DNA from: Bacteroidales bacterium Bact_13 | GTDB lineage: Bacteria; Bacteroidota; Bacteroidia; Bacteroidales; UBA932 | DNA: 59,207 nt | NCBI GenBank assembly: GCA_001602845.1 | Contig: LUZE01000164.1 | Location: 1-59,207, forward strand | Direction: 5' to 3' | Position numbers and translations under genes: made by a program | Shown: piece after piece, positions 26,142 through 36,179 of the stretch | How positions within the stretch are numbered: the stretch's first letter is position 1 | Layout of the letters: the number at the start of each line of letters is the position of its first letter | The notes under the pieces: model-generated | What the model was told of the DNA's origin: nothing | What the model saw: only the letters and a program-made list of their open reading frames with translations | Database searches by the model: none

Positions 26142-28406
26142 TTAGAAGTTGTAGCCCAGCGAGAAATACACGCCGAAGCTGCGGTTGATATTGGACCAGT
26201 GTCCGATCAGCTGGATGGGGCCGACGATGGTATTGATGGCGTAGCCGGCTGCAAATCCATAATGGTGGTAGTGGTCAGTGATCTTCCATTTGGACATGTT
26301 CCATTCGAACATGTAGTTGCCCATCAGGGTCAGGTAATGCTGGCCGAACAGATTGATGCGTACGTCAAGCCGGGCGATGTCAAACTTGTCGAGCGTCGTG
26401 TGCGTATTGTTCATGCCGACGAACGGAACCTGCCAGTCGTAATAGCGGCCGGCCATGTATCCGCCGACCCGGTTTGCGCAATAGAAATGGTACATGTGTT
26501 CGGGGTTGTAAAACAGCCACCGGTTGTAAAGCTGGGGCATCAGTGTGACGCGATCGCTGAACGGAATGACCGACTTGAGGTTAAACCGTGCCTCATAGAA
26601 GGGCTTGTAAGCGAAATGGACTGCGCCGCCGATGTTCATCTGGAGACCGCCGCTCGGGAAATAACTGTCATCCATGTTGTCGATGTCCCAGTCGAAGAAT
26701 ACTTTCCAGTCGTGTTGAGGAATTGGCGTACCGCTGTCTATCAGTTCGTTGAAATAATCAAACTGGCCGCCGACCTTGACCTCGGCGCTTTTCCATCCGG
26801 TGAACTGGTAATAGCTCAGCGCCGAGAAGATGTTGTAGCGCATGTTCCGGAGGACTTCGCCCTGGTTGATATCGGCCACCTGGATGTGCTGCTGCTTGAC
26901 GCCGATGTTAAATTGCGACAGGTCGTGGAACGTGTAGCCATAGTTGAGTGCGACGTAGGGCTGGGCGCTGAGTTTTCCGGTCAGGTCGAGTTTCGAGCCG
27001 AAAAGCTTGTGTTTATTGAGGCTGATGCCCAGCAGGATGGCTGCCATCTCCTCGGAGTCGAACCGGAATCCGACGCCGGCCTGGTGGAGTCGCTGCGGGC
27101 TGAAATGGATCTTGAGCCGGTAGTCGCCTTCCTTGCCGGCGATGGAGTAGGAGATCTTGTTGAAGGCCCTGGTGTTGTAAAAGATCGACATGGCATGGTC
27201 CATGTCGTTGCCGGAGACGAGCTCGCCGGGGCCGATTTCTGTCTGGGAGAGCAGCCAGTTCATGTCGCGGGCATCGGCGCCCTGGATTTCCATCTGCGAG
27301 ATGCGGACCGAGTCGCGGCCCAGGTCGATGGCATGCGGCGGCCGGGGGGTGTTGTCGGCCGGATAGGTCTTCAGATGCTCGGCGAGCGACCGCAGCTGCG
27401 GAAGTACTCGCTGTGCGGCCACGAAACCGCTGTCCACCAGCGCGTCCACGCTCTTGTCGTCGAAGGAGAGCACGCCGTAGGCGCTGGTGTTCGGCTCGAT
27501 GATGATGTCGGAAGCTTCGCGGCCGGAGTGATATTTCTCACCGTTCATGATACTGAGCATCGAAGCGATCATCTCCGGGATGGTCTGCTTGCTGTCGGGC
27601 TTCTGTTTCTTGAAATGGTGCAGGTCGATGGTGATCACATAGTCGGCTCCCATCTGCTTGACTACGTCGACAGGCAGGTTGTTGAGCATGCCGCCGTCCA
27701 CCAGGAACTTGTCGCCGTACGGGACGGGCGAAAAATAACCCGGGATCGACATGCTGGAACGGATGGCGGTCACGATATCGCCGCGGTGGAATACGACTTC
27801 TTCCTTGGTGTTGAGGTCGACAGCCACGCACGCGAAGGGGATGGGCAGGGTGTTGAAGTCAATGTCGTCCTGATAGCCCACCGACAGCTTGGTGAAGAGC
27901 TGGCTGAGATTCTGTCCCGCCACCAGAGCTGAAGGCATGTTCCGGAGCAGGCCTCCGGATCCGCCGGCACCCGCCTCGGTCTCTTCTGTCAGGTTCTTCC
28001 GGTTCATGAACGGGATGGTCACGATGAACTGGTCGCTTTCCTTCTTGTTGAGATAAGAGACGTCACGCCGGGCGACCTGGTCTTTCATCAGCAGGTTCCA
28101 GTCCTGCGCCCGGACCAGAGAGTCCAGTTCGTCGGCGCTGTAACCCAGGGCATAGATACCGCCGACGATCGAGCCGATACTGGTACCCACGACGAAGTCG
28201 ATAGGGATGCCGATCTCCTCGATGACTTTCAGGGCGCCGATGTGGGAAAGGCCCTTGGCACCGCCTCCGGAGAGGACCAGGCCCACTTTCGGCCGCTGGT
28301 TGAGAGGTGCGTGCGATTCGGCTTTGTCGGCCTTGTTGCCGTCTTCGGCCAGGGCCGCGGGTGCGAAAATGATGCAGAGGAGCAGGAGAGCGAGTATTCG
28401 TTTCAT
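26142..28406 (-). CDS. patatin-like phospholipase fused to an Omp85/BamA-type beta-barrel (paralogue)
   Basis: 754 aa. Motifs GGGAKG, GTSIG and VDGGMLNN, terminal ...SLGYNF. Collinear with the downstream paralogue. Confidence 0.85.
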   Translation of the reverse strand: MKRILALLLLCIIFAPAALAEDGNKADKAESHAPLNQRPKVGLVLSGGGAKGLSHIGALKVIEEIGIPIDFVVGTSIGSIVGGIYALGYSADELDSLVRAQDWNLLMKDQVARRDVSYLNKKESDQFIVTIPFMNRKNLTEETEAGAGGSGGLLRNMPSALVAGQNLSQLFTKLSVGYQDDIDFNTLPIPFACVAVDLNTKEEVVFHRGDIVTAIRSSMSIPGYFSPVPYGDKFLVDGGMLNNLPVDVVKQMGADYVITIDLHHFKKQKPDSKQTIPEMIASMLSIMNGEKYHSGREASDIIIEPNTSAYGVLSFDDKSVDALVDSGFVAAQRVLPQLRSLAEHLKTYPADNTPRPPHAIDLGRDSVRISQMEIQGADARDMNWLLSQTEIGPGELVSGNDMDHAMSIFYNTRAFNKISYSIAGKEGDYRLKIHFSPQRLHQAGVGFRFDSEEMAAILLGISLNKHKLFGSKLDLTGKLSAQPYVALNYGYTFHDLSQFNIGVKQQHIQVADINQGEVLRNMRYNIFSALSYYQFTGWKSAEVKVGGQFDYFNELIDSGTPIPQHDWKVFFDWDIDNMDDSYFPSGGLQMNIGGAVHFAYKPFYEARFNLKSVIPFSDRVTLMPQLYNRWLFYNPEHMYHFYCANRVGGYMAGRYYDWQVPFVGMNNTHTTLDKFDIARLDVRINLFGQHYLTLMGNYMFEWNMSKWKITDHYHHYGFAAGYAINTIVGPIQLIGHWSNINRSFGVYFSLGYNF

Positions 28407-28419
28407 GGTGTGGAACAGT

Positions 28420-29478
28420 TTATTTCGTTTCAGGTTTCTTGAGGCCGCGGCCCGCGAGAAGCCCGCAGGCGGCCAGGATATCTTCTCCGCGCGAGGCGCG
28501 CAGGGTGGTGGTGATGCCGGCCTTCTGCAGGCGTGCCTGGAAGGCGGCGATGGCTTCGGGCGACGAGGTCCGGAACGGAGAGTCGGGGATGGCGTGGAAA
28601 CGGATCAGGTTGATCCGGCAGGGAATGCCGCGAAGCAGCCGTGCCAGCGCATCGGCGTAGCGGGGCGTATCGTTCATGCCGTCAAACATCGTATATTCGA
28701 AACTCACGCGGCGCTGGCCGGAGAAATCGTATTGCCGGATGAGTGCGAGCACGTCCTGGAGGGGCCATGCTTTCTGGACCGGCATCAGGGCCTCACGCTC
28801 TTTCGGGAAGGGGTTGTGAAGGCTCACGGCCAGGTGGCAGCGGCTTTCATCGAGGAAATGCCGGAGGTTCGGCAGTACGCCGATGGTCGAGACGGTCACG
28901 CGTTTCGGGCTCCAGGCGAACCCCCAGTCCGCGGTGATGACCTCGAGGGCGCGGGAAACCTCGCTCCAGTTGTCGAGCGGTTCGCCCATCCCCATGAAGA
29001 CGGCATTGGTGAGAAGGTCCGCCTCTTCGAGGCCCAGGAACTGGGAGAGGATCTCCGCAGCCGAAAGATGTCCGTGGAACCCGCCGCGGCCGGTCATGCA
29101 GAAGCGGCAGCCCATCTTGCAGCCGATCTGCGAGGAGACGCAGACCGTCGCACGGGCGATGCCGCCTTCCGAGCCGTCCTCGTATTCGGGAATCATCACG
29201 GTCTCGATGTATTTGCCGGGTACGTCGGTGGGGAAGAGGTATTTCCGTGTTCCGTCCTTTGACGTGAAAACCTCGACCGGGGCGGTGCGTCCCACCTCGT
29301 AGCGCTCTGAAAGGGCGGCGCGGGCCGTCTTGGAGAGATTGGTCATCGCGTCGATTTCCGTGACATGCTTCTGGTAGAGCCATTGCGCGATCTGCTTCGC
29401 GGCAAAGGCGGGAAGCCCTTCCTGCGCGGCGATCTGCTGCAGTTCGGTGAGCGTCTTTCCCAGTAGTTTCTCTTTCAT
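28420..29478 (-). CDS. rlmN: 23S rRNA/tRNA adenine-C2 methyltransferase RlmN (radical SAM)
   Basis: Likely start ATG 29478 (MKEKLLGKTLTELQQIAAQEGLPAFAAKQIAQWLY). Radical-SAM cluster motif CKMGCRFC and a C-terminal ...CGLLAG. Confidence 0.9.
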   Translation of the reverse strand: MKEKLLGKTLTELQQIAAQEGLPAFAAKQIAQWLYQKHVTEIDAMTNLSKTARAALSERYEVGRTAPVEVFTSKDGTRKYLFPTDVPGKYIETVMIPEYEDGSEGGIARATVCVSSQIGCKMGCRFCMTGRGGFHGHLSAAEILSQFLGLEEADLLTNAVFMGMGEPLDNWSEVSRALEVITADWGFAWSPKRVTVSTIGVLPNLRHFLDESRCHLAVSLHNPFPKEREALMPVQKAWPLQDVLALIRQYDFSGQRRVSFEYTMFDGMNDTPRYADALARLLRGIPCRINLIRFHAIPDSPFRTSSPEAIAAFQARLQKAGITTTLRASRGEDILAACGLLAGRGLKKPETK

Positions 29479-29502
29479 CGTCACGTATTCGGCCAGTTTC
29501 TG

Positions 29503-29510
29503 CAAATTTA
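29503..29510 (-). promoter_or_regulatory. -7 promoter box TAAATTTG (rlmN)
   Basis: Perfect TAnnTTTG, 24 nt upstream of ATG 29478. It sits within the shared sequence GTAAATTTGCA, also seen at 11582 and 35132. Confidence 0.5.
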
Positions 29511-29543
29511 CGATAATTGAAGTCAAATTCTGCAAAAATATGG

Positions 29544-29551
29544 TATCTTTG
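29544..29551 (+). promoter_or_regulatory. -7 promoter box TATCTTTG (recA)
   Basis: Perfect TAnnTTTG, 50 nt upstream of ATG 29602. Divergent from the rlmN promoter. Confidence 0.5.
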
Positions 29552-29601
29552 CGAAGCGGACGGAACAAGTCGGCGAGTGTAATCAACTAAAACATCCAAC
29601 T

Positions 29602-30636
29602 ATGGCAAAAGAAAATGAAGAAATGACGAATGCTGGTGCCGCGAATGCCGAGAAGCTCAAGGCGCTTCAGGCGACCATCGCCAAGATCGAGAAGGATTAT
29701 GGCAAAGGCACCATTATGAAGATGGGAGATCAGCCTTCGCTGGAAGTTTCCACGATCGCGACGGGCTCCATCGCGCTCGACCATGCCCTGGGCATCGGTG
29801 GATATCCGCGCGGCCGTGTCATCGAGATCTACGGTCCCGAGTCCAGTGGTAAGACCACGCTGGCCATCCACGCCATCGCAGAGGCCCAGAAACAGGGCGG
29901 CATCGCCGCCATCATCGATGCGGAACACGCTTTCGACCGTACCTATGCCGTCAACCTGGGCGTAAACATCGACACCTTGCTCATCTCGCAGCCCGACAAC
30001 GGCGAGCAGGCCCTTGAAATCGCGGACAACCTCATCCGCAGCGGTGCCATCGACATCATCGTCATCGACTCCGTGGCGGCCCTGACCCCGAAAGCCGAGA
30101 TCGAAGGCGAGATGGGCGACAACAAGGTCGGCCTTCAGGCACGCCTGATGAGCCAGGCCCTCCGCAAGCTCACGGCCAACATCTCCAAGACGAATACCTG
30201 CTGCATCTTCATCAACCAGTTGCGCGAGAAGATCGGCGTCCTCTTCGGCAATCCCGAGACGACCACGGGCGGCAACGCCCTGAAGTTCTACGCGTCGGTA
30301 CGTATCGACGTGCGCCGCGTCACCCAGCTCAAGGACGGCGACGAGGCCACGGGCAACCGCACCCGCGCGAAGATTGTCAAGAACAAGATGGCTCCGCCGT
30401 TCAAGAAGGCCGAGTTCGACATCGTGTTCGGGGAAGGTATCTCCCACATCGGCGAGATCGTGGATCTGGGCGTCGAACTCGATGTCATCAAGAAGAGCGG
30501 ATCGTGGTTCAGCTATGAGGATTCCAAGCTGGCACAGGGCCGCGATGCCGTCAAGGCCCTGCTCCGTGACAACCCGCAGCTGGCCGACGAGATCGAGGCG
30601 AAGATCCGCGAGAAGCTCAAAACCGTAAAAGACTGA
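29602..30636 (+). CDS. recA: recombinase RecA
   Basis: 344 aa. Walker [10 protein letters not shown] and canonical RecA sequence throughout. Confidence 0.97.
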   Translation: MAKENEEMTNAGAANAEKLKALQATIAKIEKDYGKGTIMKMGDQPSLEVSTIATGSIALDHALGIGGYPRGRVIEIYGPESSGKTTLAIHAIAEAQKQGGIAAIIDAEHAFDRTYAVNLGVNIDTLLISQPDNGEQALEIADNLIRSGAIDIIVIDSVAALTPKAEIEGEMGDNKVGLQARLMSQALRKLTANISKTNTCCIFINQLREKIGVLFGNPETTTGGNALKFYASVRIDVRRVTQLKDGDEATGNRTRAKIVKNKMAPPFKKAEFDIVFGEGISHIGEIVDLGVELDVIKKSGSWFSYEDSKLAQGRDAVKALLRDNPQLADEIEAKIREKLKTVKD

Positions 30637-30637
30637 G

Positions 30638-31786
30638 ATGGGAAAGATTATCCTGACTGGTGACCGGCCCACCGGAAGGCTGCATATCGGCCATTACGTG
30701 GGTTCGCTGCGCCGCCGCGTCGAGTTGCAGAACTCCGGCGAGTTTGACAAGATTTTCATCATGATCGCTGATGCGCAGGCGCTGACCGACAATGCCGACA
30801 ATCCCGAGAAGGTGCGGCAGAACATCATCGAGGTCGCGCTGGACTACATGTCCTGCGGCCTGGATCCCGCGAAATCCGTGCTGTTCATCCAGTCGCAGGT
30901 GAGCGAACTGACCGAACTCACCTTCTTCTATATGAATCTGGTTACCGTGCAGCGCGTGCAGCGCAATCCGACGGTCAAGGCTGAGATTCTGATGCGCGGC
31001 TTCAACGATGCCGAGGGCGCCGACAACAAGGCCGGAACGCCGGTCGGATTCTTCTGCTATCCCATCAGCCAGGCAGCCGACATCACCGCCTTCAAGGCGA
31101 CCACCGTTCCCGTGGGCGAGGATCAGGAACCGATGATCGAGCAGACCCGCGAGATCGTCCGCAAGTTCAACGCCACCTATGGCGAGACGCTCGTGGAGCC
31201 CGAGATCCTGCTTCCCGACAATGCGGCCTGCCTGCGCCTGCCCGGTACCGACGGCAAGGCCAAGATGAGCAAGTCGCTGGGCAATTGCATCTACCTGTCG
31301 GATTCCGCAGAGGAAGTGGCAGCCAAGGTCCGTGGCATGTACACCGACCCGGGTCACCTGCAGGTGAGCGACCCCGGCAAGGTGGAGGGGAACACGGTGT
31401 TCACGTATCTCGACGCCTTCTGCCGTCCGGAGCATTTCGAGCGTTTCGCCGACTGCTTCCACGGCAAGAAGGTCAGCTTCAACTTCCACAGCCTTGACGA
31501 GATGAAGGCGCAGTATCGTGCCGGCGGGCTGGGTGACGTGATGTGCAAGAATTTCCTGAACGCCGTGCTCAACGAAACGCTCGAGCCCATCCGTGCCCGC
31601 CGCAAGGAGCTGGAACAGGACATCCCGTACGTGTACGAGGTGCTCCGCAAGGGGTCCGAAGTGGCGCGCGCCGCTGCAGCAGAGACCCTCGCAGACGTAA
31701 AAAGAGCCATGAAAATCAATTATTTTGAGGCTGGCACGCTTGATGCACTCATAGCCGGGCAGACCGAAAAATACAAGAACCAATAA
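30638..31786 (+). CDS. trpS: tryptophan--tRNA ligase
   Basis: 382 aa. HIGH region [10 protein letters not shown] and KMSKS present. Confidence 0.9.
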   Translation: MGKIILTGDRPTGRLHIGHYVGSLRRRVELQNSGEFDKIFIMIADAQALTDNADNPEKVRQNIIEVALDYMSCGLDPAKSVLFIQSQVSELTELTFFYMNLVTVQRVQRNPTVKAEILMRGFNDAEGADNKAGTPVGFFCYPISQAADITAFKATTVPVGEDQEPMIEQTREIVRKFNATYGETLVEPEILLPDNAACLRLPGTDGKAKMSKSLGNCIYLSDSAEEVAAKVRGMYTDPGHLQVSDPGKVEGNTVFTYLDAFCRPEHFERFADCFHGKKVSFNFHSLDEMKAQYRAGGLGDVMCKNFLNAVLNETLEPIRARRKELEQDIPYVYEVLRKGSEVARAAAAETLADVKRAMKINYFEAGTLDALIAGQTEKYKNQ

Positions 31787-31800
31787 CACATCAGTTGAAA

Positions 31801-32436
31801 ATGAAAAGATTGTTTGTCGTTGCGATTCTCGCATCCGCTTGCCTCCTGTCCGCTCCCGCGGTCCAGGCGCAGAAGGTTCCTATCTACACTCCGAATGAGA
31901 TTTCATTGAGTTACGGCGCTTCAGCCATGAGCGTCGCTACGGGCATCGTGGTCAGATACGCCAATCTGATTGGTGATTTTGCGGACTTTACCGAGATTTC
32001 CACTGGTGATCACATCCGTGCGAACAGCGGAGGAACCGGCGGTTTCGTCAATCTCGGATATGCCTATCAGATCAACAAGACCTGGCACTTCGGCATCACG
32101 GGCGGCTATTATCGCATGAAGCTGGGCCTGGAAGACAATACGGGCAAGGTCGACCCGTTGACGGTCAATCTGTTTACGGTCATGAATACGGCCCGGGTGA
32201 ACTGGTTCCGCACCGGCGACATCTTCGGGATGTATTCCAAGGGATGCATCGGCATGATGATCACCAACTATGCCCTGATGCCCGATACGCCTGACGAGCG
32301 GACGGGCACGAAGGTGTTCCCGGCAGCGCACGTATCGGCTGTCGGCCTGGAAGTCGGTCGCGGCTTCCGTGGCTTCATGGAGCTGGGCGTCGGCCTGCAG
32401 GGCTTCCTGCAGATGGGCGTCAAGGCCGTATTCTAG
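31801..32436 (+). CDS. small outer-membrane beta-barrel protein (hypothetical)
   Basis: ATG 31801 gives [24 protein letters not shown]. Alternating hydrophobic beta-strand pattern and a terminal aromatic residue (..GVKAVF). Confidence 0.55.
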   Translation: MKRLFVVAILASACLLSAPAVQAQKVPIYTPNEISLSYGASAMSVATGIVVRYANLIGDFADFTEISTGDHIRANSGGTGGFVNLGYAYQINKTWHFGITGGYYRMKLGLEDNTGKVDPLTVNLFTVMNTARVNWFRTGDIFGMYSKGCIGMMITNYALMPDTPDERTGTKVFPAAHVSAVGLEVGRGFRGFMELGVGLQGFLQMGVKAVF

Positions 32437-34112
32437 CGGCTCAGCTGGTCGTTCCCCAAGATGATTCCTGAGAGGGCGCCCGTGTGGGCGCCTTCTTTTA
32501 TGGTATGGACGCCGTTCACGAAGACATGCACGATGCCTGCCGCGAACTGGTGCGGCTGCGCGTACGTGGCGCGGTCGGCGATGGTCTCCGGATCAAAGAC
32601 CGTGATGTCGGCGGCATAGCCCGGCACGAGGAGGCCGCGCTCCTTGAGCTTGATGCGTGAAGCGGGCAGGCCGGTGCATTTCCAGATGGCCGTGGCCATG
32701 TCGAGCACCTTATCCTCCCGGACGAACTTCTCGAAGAACCGCGGGAACGTGCCGTACGAGCGCGGGTGCGGAAGCTCCTTGCCCAGCACTCCTTCCGGTG
32801 AATAGACGCTGCCGTCGGAAGCGGGCATCGAGAGCCGGTGCGCATAGATCTTCTTGAGGTTATCCTCCTTCATGGCGAAGGTCGCCTGGTTGACTTCCAG
32901 TTTCTCGGAGATGAGCAGGTAGCGGATCATCTCCCATTCGTCCATGCCGGAGATCCGGCAGCATTCCGCCAGGTTCTTGCCGGCATACACCGCGTTGGCG
33001 GGGTCGTTGCAACCCGCCACCACCACCTGCTGCGGGCCGCCGAAGCGCTCCAGGCGGCTGTAGGTGTATTTCTTGATCTTCTCGCAGGTGGCGCGGTCGT
33101 TCAGCCGGGCGTAGATATCGTCGGTCGTTCCGTCGCGCAGCTCGATGGGGATGAAGGAGGTGAAGCCGGTCGAGAAGGCCGTGTACGGATACCTGTCGAA
33201 GGCGATGTCGATGCCCTCGGCGAAAGCATTGTCAATCTTGGCCAGCATCCGGTCGATCTTGTCGAAATTGGCTGGGTTCTGGGCTTTCAGGTGTGAGATC
33301 TCCAGTCGTGCGCCGGAAAGCCGTGCCGCCTCAATGGCCTCGTCCATGGCTTCCAGCACGTGGTCGTCCTCGTTACGCATGTGAATGGTATAGAGTGCAT
33401 TGTGCTTCTTGACGACCTTGTTGAGCTCCACCATCTCGTGGGTGTCGCTGTAGCATCCCGGTGCGTATTCCAGGCCGTAGGAGAGGCCGATGGCTCCGAG
33501 TTCGAGCTGGCGGTCGAGTTCTTCGCACATCTTCTTCAGCTGTTCGTCCGTAGCCTTCACGTTGTACGGGCCGAGGACAGCCTCGCGCACATCGCCGTGG
33601 CCGACGAGGCTGGAGTAGTTGATGCCGATCTTGTTCTCCGTGAGGCGCTGGTAGAATCCGTCGATGTTCCGCCAGGCGGGACCGCCGTGGCGCGGCCGGT
33701 CTTTCCGGCTTTCCCACGCTTCGTCGGAATAGACGAACGGGCAGTAGCCGCAATTGCCGCCCACTTCGCTGGTGATGCCCTGGAAGATGCGGCTGTCGCC
33801 CTTGGGCGCGTCGAAGAGATTGGTGTCGGTATGGGTGTGGATATCGATGAAGCCGGGCGAAACGACCAGGCCCTTCGCATCGATGACCGTTTCGGCACTG
33901 GTCCCGAGATCCTTGCCGATGGCCGCGATCTTCCCGCCGCGGATGGCGATGTCGCCCTCGATGGGCGCTTTGCCGTCACCGGCGAAGATGGTGCCGTTCT
34001 TGATGATGGCGTCGAACGATTGCTTCGTGTGCACCTTGCAGCCCGTCAGCCCCGTGAAACCGAGGGCGGCGGCACCCAGCGCCGAAGTCTTCAGGAAGTC
34101 TCTTCTGTTCAT
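32433..34112 (-). CDS. N-acyl-D-amino-acid deacylase family amidohydrolase (D-aminoacylase), Tat-exported
   Basis: 559 aa. Twin-arginine signal [18 protein letters not shown] and metal-binding [14 protein letters not shown] overlap with the ApbE stop (34109-34112). Confidence 0.8.
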   Translation of the reverse strand: MNRRDFLKTSALGAAALGFTGLTGCKVHTKQSFDAIIKNGTIFAGDGKAPIEGDIAIRGGKIAAIGKDLGTSAETVIDAKGLVVSPGFIDIHTHTDTNLFDAPKGDSRIFQGITSEVGGNCGYCPFVYSDEAWESRKDRPRHGGPAWRNIDGFYQRLTENKIGINYSSLVGHGDVREAVLGPYNVKATDEQLKKMCEELDRQLELGAIGLSYGLEYAPGCYSDTHEMVELNKVVKKHNALYTIHMRNEDDHVLEAMDEAIEAARLSGARLEISHLKAQNPANFDKIDRMLAKIDNAFAEGIDIAFDRYPYTAFSTGFTSFIPIELRDGTTDDIYARLNDRATCEKIKKYTYSRLERFGGPQQVVVAGCNDPANAVYAGKNLAECCRISGMDEWEMIRYLLISEKLEVNQATFAMKEDNLKKIYAHRLSMPASDGSVYSPEGVLGKELPHPRSYGTFPRFFEKFVREDKVLDMATAIWKCTGLPASRIKLKERGLLVPGYAADITVFDPETIADRATYAQPHQFAAGIVHVFVNGVHTIKEGAHTGALSGIILGNDQLSR

Positions 34113-35125
34113 ATGTCTTTCGTTTTTATATGTTCTGTCTTGTAGGATTTCATCTGCCCGTCCTCTTCGTAAATCAGCAGGGCCTCTAGGTCCGGACGCC
34201 CGGAGAGGACCTCCCGCGCAGGGCCGGTGCCGACGACCATCATCCAGGTGGCATAGGCGTCCGCGGTCGTGGCATCCTTCGCAACGACCGTGGCGCTCAA
34301 GAGGTTGTGCGTAACGGGGCGGCCGGTCTTGGGGTCGATCGTGTGGGCGAACTTCTGCCCGTCCTGCACGTAATACTTGCGATAGTTGCCGGAGGTCACG
34401 ATGCCACAGTCCGTCACTTCGATGACGGCTTCCAGGTACCGGCCTTCTTCCTCGTTCCCGTCGAACGGACTGTCCAGGCCGATGCGCCAGTCATTCCCGG
34501 CCGGGTTCTTCCCCTTGCAGATGATCTCGCGTCCGATGTCGACCAGGTAGTCCGTCACGCCGAGCGAATCGAGGAGCCGGGCCACCACGTCGCAGGAATA
34601 GCCCTGGGCGATGGCGTTGAAATTGAGCCGGGCACGGGGATCCGCCTTCACCAGGTGGATGCCGTCCTCCCGCTCCTCGAGCCGGAACAGGTCCATGCCC
34701 GTAAACTGCAGGATCGAGTCGATGGCGGCCTGTGAAACGACGCCCTTGTTCGAGAAACCGAATCCCCACAGGTCGAACAGCGGCGCGGCGGACGGGTCGA
34801 AGGCGCCGCCGGTCTCCTCCCAGATTTCCCTGGAGCGGGTGAAGCACTCGATGAACAGGTCGTTGAGGCAGGGATCTTCCCCGGCGTTGATCCGGGAGAG
34901 GAGAGAGCCTTTGTTGTATCCGCTCAGCGTATTGTCAATTTCCAGCAGCAGGCTGTCGACTTTCGCACGGAGCTCCTGTTCCGCCAGCCGCCCCGGAACG
35001 GAACCGGTAACGTGATAGGTGCCCCCCTGGGCATAACCCTCGAAGCGGACGGGACGGACCGCCCTGCCGCAGCCGCCTGCCAGCAGCAGCGCACAAAGCA
35101 GGAAAGGAATGACGGTACGGTACAT
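34109..35125 (-). CDS. apbE: FAD:protein FMN transferase (ApbE family lipoprotein)
   Basis: Likely start ATG 35125 ([19 protein letters not shown], lipobox). ApbE-like sequence ...[10 protein letters not shown]... and ...[24 protein letters not shown]. Confidence 0.8.
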   Translation of the reverse strand: MYRTVIPFLLCALLLAGGCGRAVRPVRFEGYAQGGTYHVTGSVPGRLAEQELRAKVDSLLLEIDNTLSGYNKGSLLSRINAGEDPCLNDLFIECFTRSREIWEETGGAFDPSAAPLFDLWGFGFSNKGVVSQAAIDSILQFTGMDLFRLEEREDGIHLVKADPRARLNFNAIAQGYSCDVVARLLDSLGVTDYLVDIGREIICKGKNPAGNDWRIGLDSPFDGNEEEGRYLEAVIEVTDCGIVTSGNYRKYYVQDGQKFAHTIDPKTGRPVTHNLLSATVVAKDATTADAYATWMMVVGTGPAREVLSGRPDLEALLIYEEDGQMKSYKTEHIKTKDI

Positions 35126-35131
35126 TTCTTG

Positions 35132-35139
35132 CAAATTTA
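35132..35139 (-). promoter_or_regulatory. -7 promoter box TAAATTTG (apbE)
   Basis: Perfect TAnnTTTG, only 6 nt upstream of ATG 35125. Confidence 0.45.
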
Positions 35140-35183
35140 CGATTATTTGTGCATCTTTGCAAGTTGTAAAAACACCGAAATCG

Positions 35184-36179
35184 ATGGATTGGAAGAAACT
35201 GTGGCTCCTGCCGGCGACCCTCCTGCTGCTGCTCGCGGCAGTGGTTTCCTGCAAGGAAGATGAGGAAGAAGAAACGACCGGCATGTCGATGTCGGGTTTG
35301 GTCGAGTATACGATACCTTACTATGTCCTCAAGGGTGAGACGGTCACGATGAGCGCCTCGGGCATCCTCGATCCCCGGGATGTTACCTACAAATGGTACA
35401 TTTCCGGTGTCTATATCGATACGCTGGTTTCTCCCACCATCTCCGTCCGTTTCCCGGACAGCATCGGCGTCTTCAATGTCTCCGCCACGTCTTTCGCCCC
35501 CGGTTATTACACAGCTTCCGCTGCACAGACGGTCACCACGGTCGATACGGCCTATAACGCTTCCCTGCAGAATGTTCCCCGCAGCGGCAAGGCGATTGTC
35601 GATGCGCGCGACGGGCAGGAGTATGCCTACATCACGGTCGGCGGCCTGGACTGGTTCTCCCAGAACCTGGCCTATATGGACTACGGCATGCTGCCGCCGT
35701 TCAAGGGCTCTCCCTCGGCGGTGGGGCTGTTCGGCGTCTTCTACACCTGGGAGGAAGTGAACAGCATGGACATCTGCCCGGAAGGCTGGCGGGTGCCTGA
35801 CAATGCGGACTGGGAGTCCCTGGGCTCGGTGCTGGCCGGCAAGCCGGTTCCCTTCCTCGACAACTGGGCGGGCCTGGGCGCGAAAGCGTCGACGGACGCC
35901 CTGCTGAACGAAGAGCGGATGTGGCCCTATTCACCCGACAACGTGCATTCCAACGATGTCGGCTGGAATGCCCTTCCGCTGGGCGTGACGACCCGGGAGG
36001 CCAAGCTTTGGACGGGCGTGAACGAATATGGTTATTGGTGGAGCAGCACCGAGAAGAACCCGTATCAGGGCTACTACCGGTACATCTACTACGACCGCGG
36101 GGATTTCCCGGTGGGCGTAGGCAGCAAGGAGGATATGCGGGCCAGCGTCAGGTGCGTTCGAACGCATCCACAATCTTAG
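35184..36179 (+). CDS. FISUMP-domain lipoprotein (Fibrobacter succinogenes major paralogous domain)
   Basis: Likely start ATG 35184 (MDWKKLWLLPATLLLLLAAVVSC). Motifs DARDGQEYAYITVGGLDWFSQNL, GYWWSST and SVRCVR. Confidence 0.75.
   Translation: MDWKKLWLLPATLLLLLAAVVSCKEDEEEETTGMSMSGLVEYTIPYYVLKGETVTMSASGILDPRDVTYKWYISGVYIDTLVSPTISVRFPDSIGVFNVSATSFAPGYYTASAAQTVTTVDTAYNASLQNVPRSGKAIVDARDGQEYAYITVGGLDWFSQNLAYMDYGMLPPFKGSPSAVGLFGVFYTWEEVNSMDICPEGWRVPDNADWESLGSVLAGKPVPFLDNWAGLGAKASTDALLNEERMWPYSPDNVHSNDVGWNALPLGVTTREAKLWTGVNEYGYWWSSTEKNPYQGYYRYIYYDRGDFPVGVGSKEDMRASVRCVRTHPQS

Noticed and set aside
24778-27932. 455-aa (24778..26145) and 577-aa (26199..27932) plus-strand ORFs
   Set aside because: Antisense to the two patatin-Omp85 genes. 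Asp/Gly/Val/His-rich with no motifs.
23399-30636. recX and recA as a possible shared SOS-type unit
   Set aside because: They are 5.7 kb apart and on opposite strands, separated by two patatin genes and rlmN. I saw no LexA-box-like palindrome upstream of recA, so there is no evidence of co-regulation.
29587-31834. 361-aa and 405-aa minus-strand ORFs
   Set aside because: Antisense to recA and trpS.
35142-35159. Candidate -7 promoter box for the FISUMP gene (ATTATTTG / CATCTTTG)
   Set aside because: Neither 8-mer is a perfect TAnnTTTG. It is plausible but not supported well enough to list as a feature.
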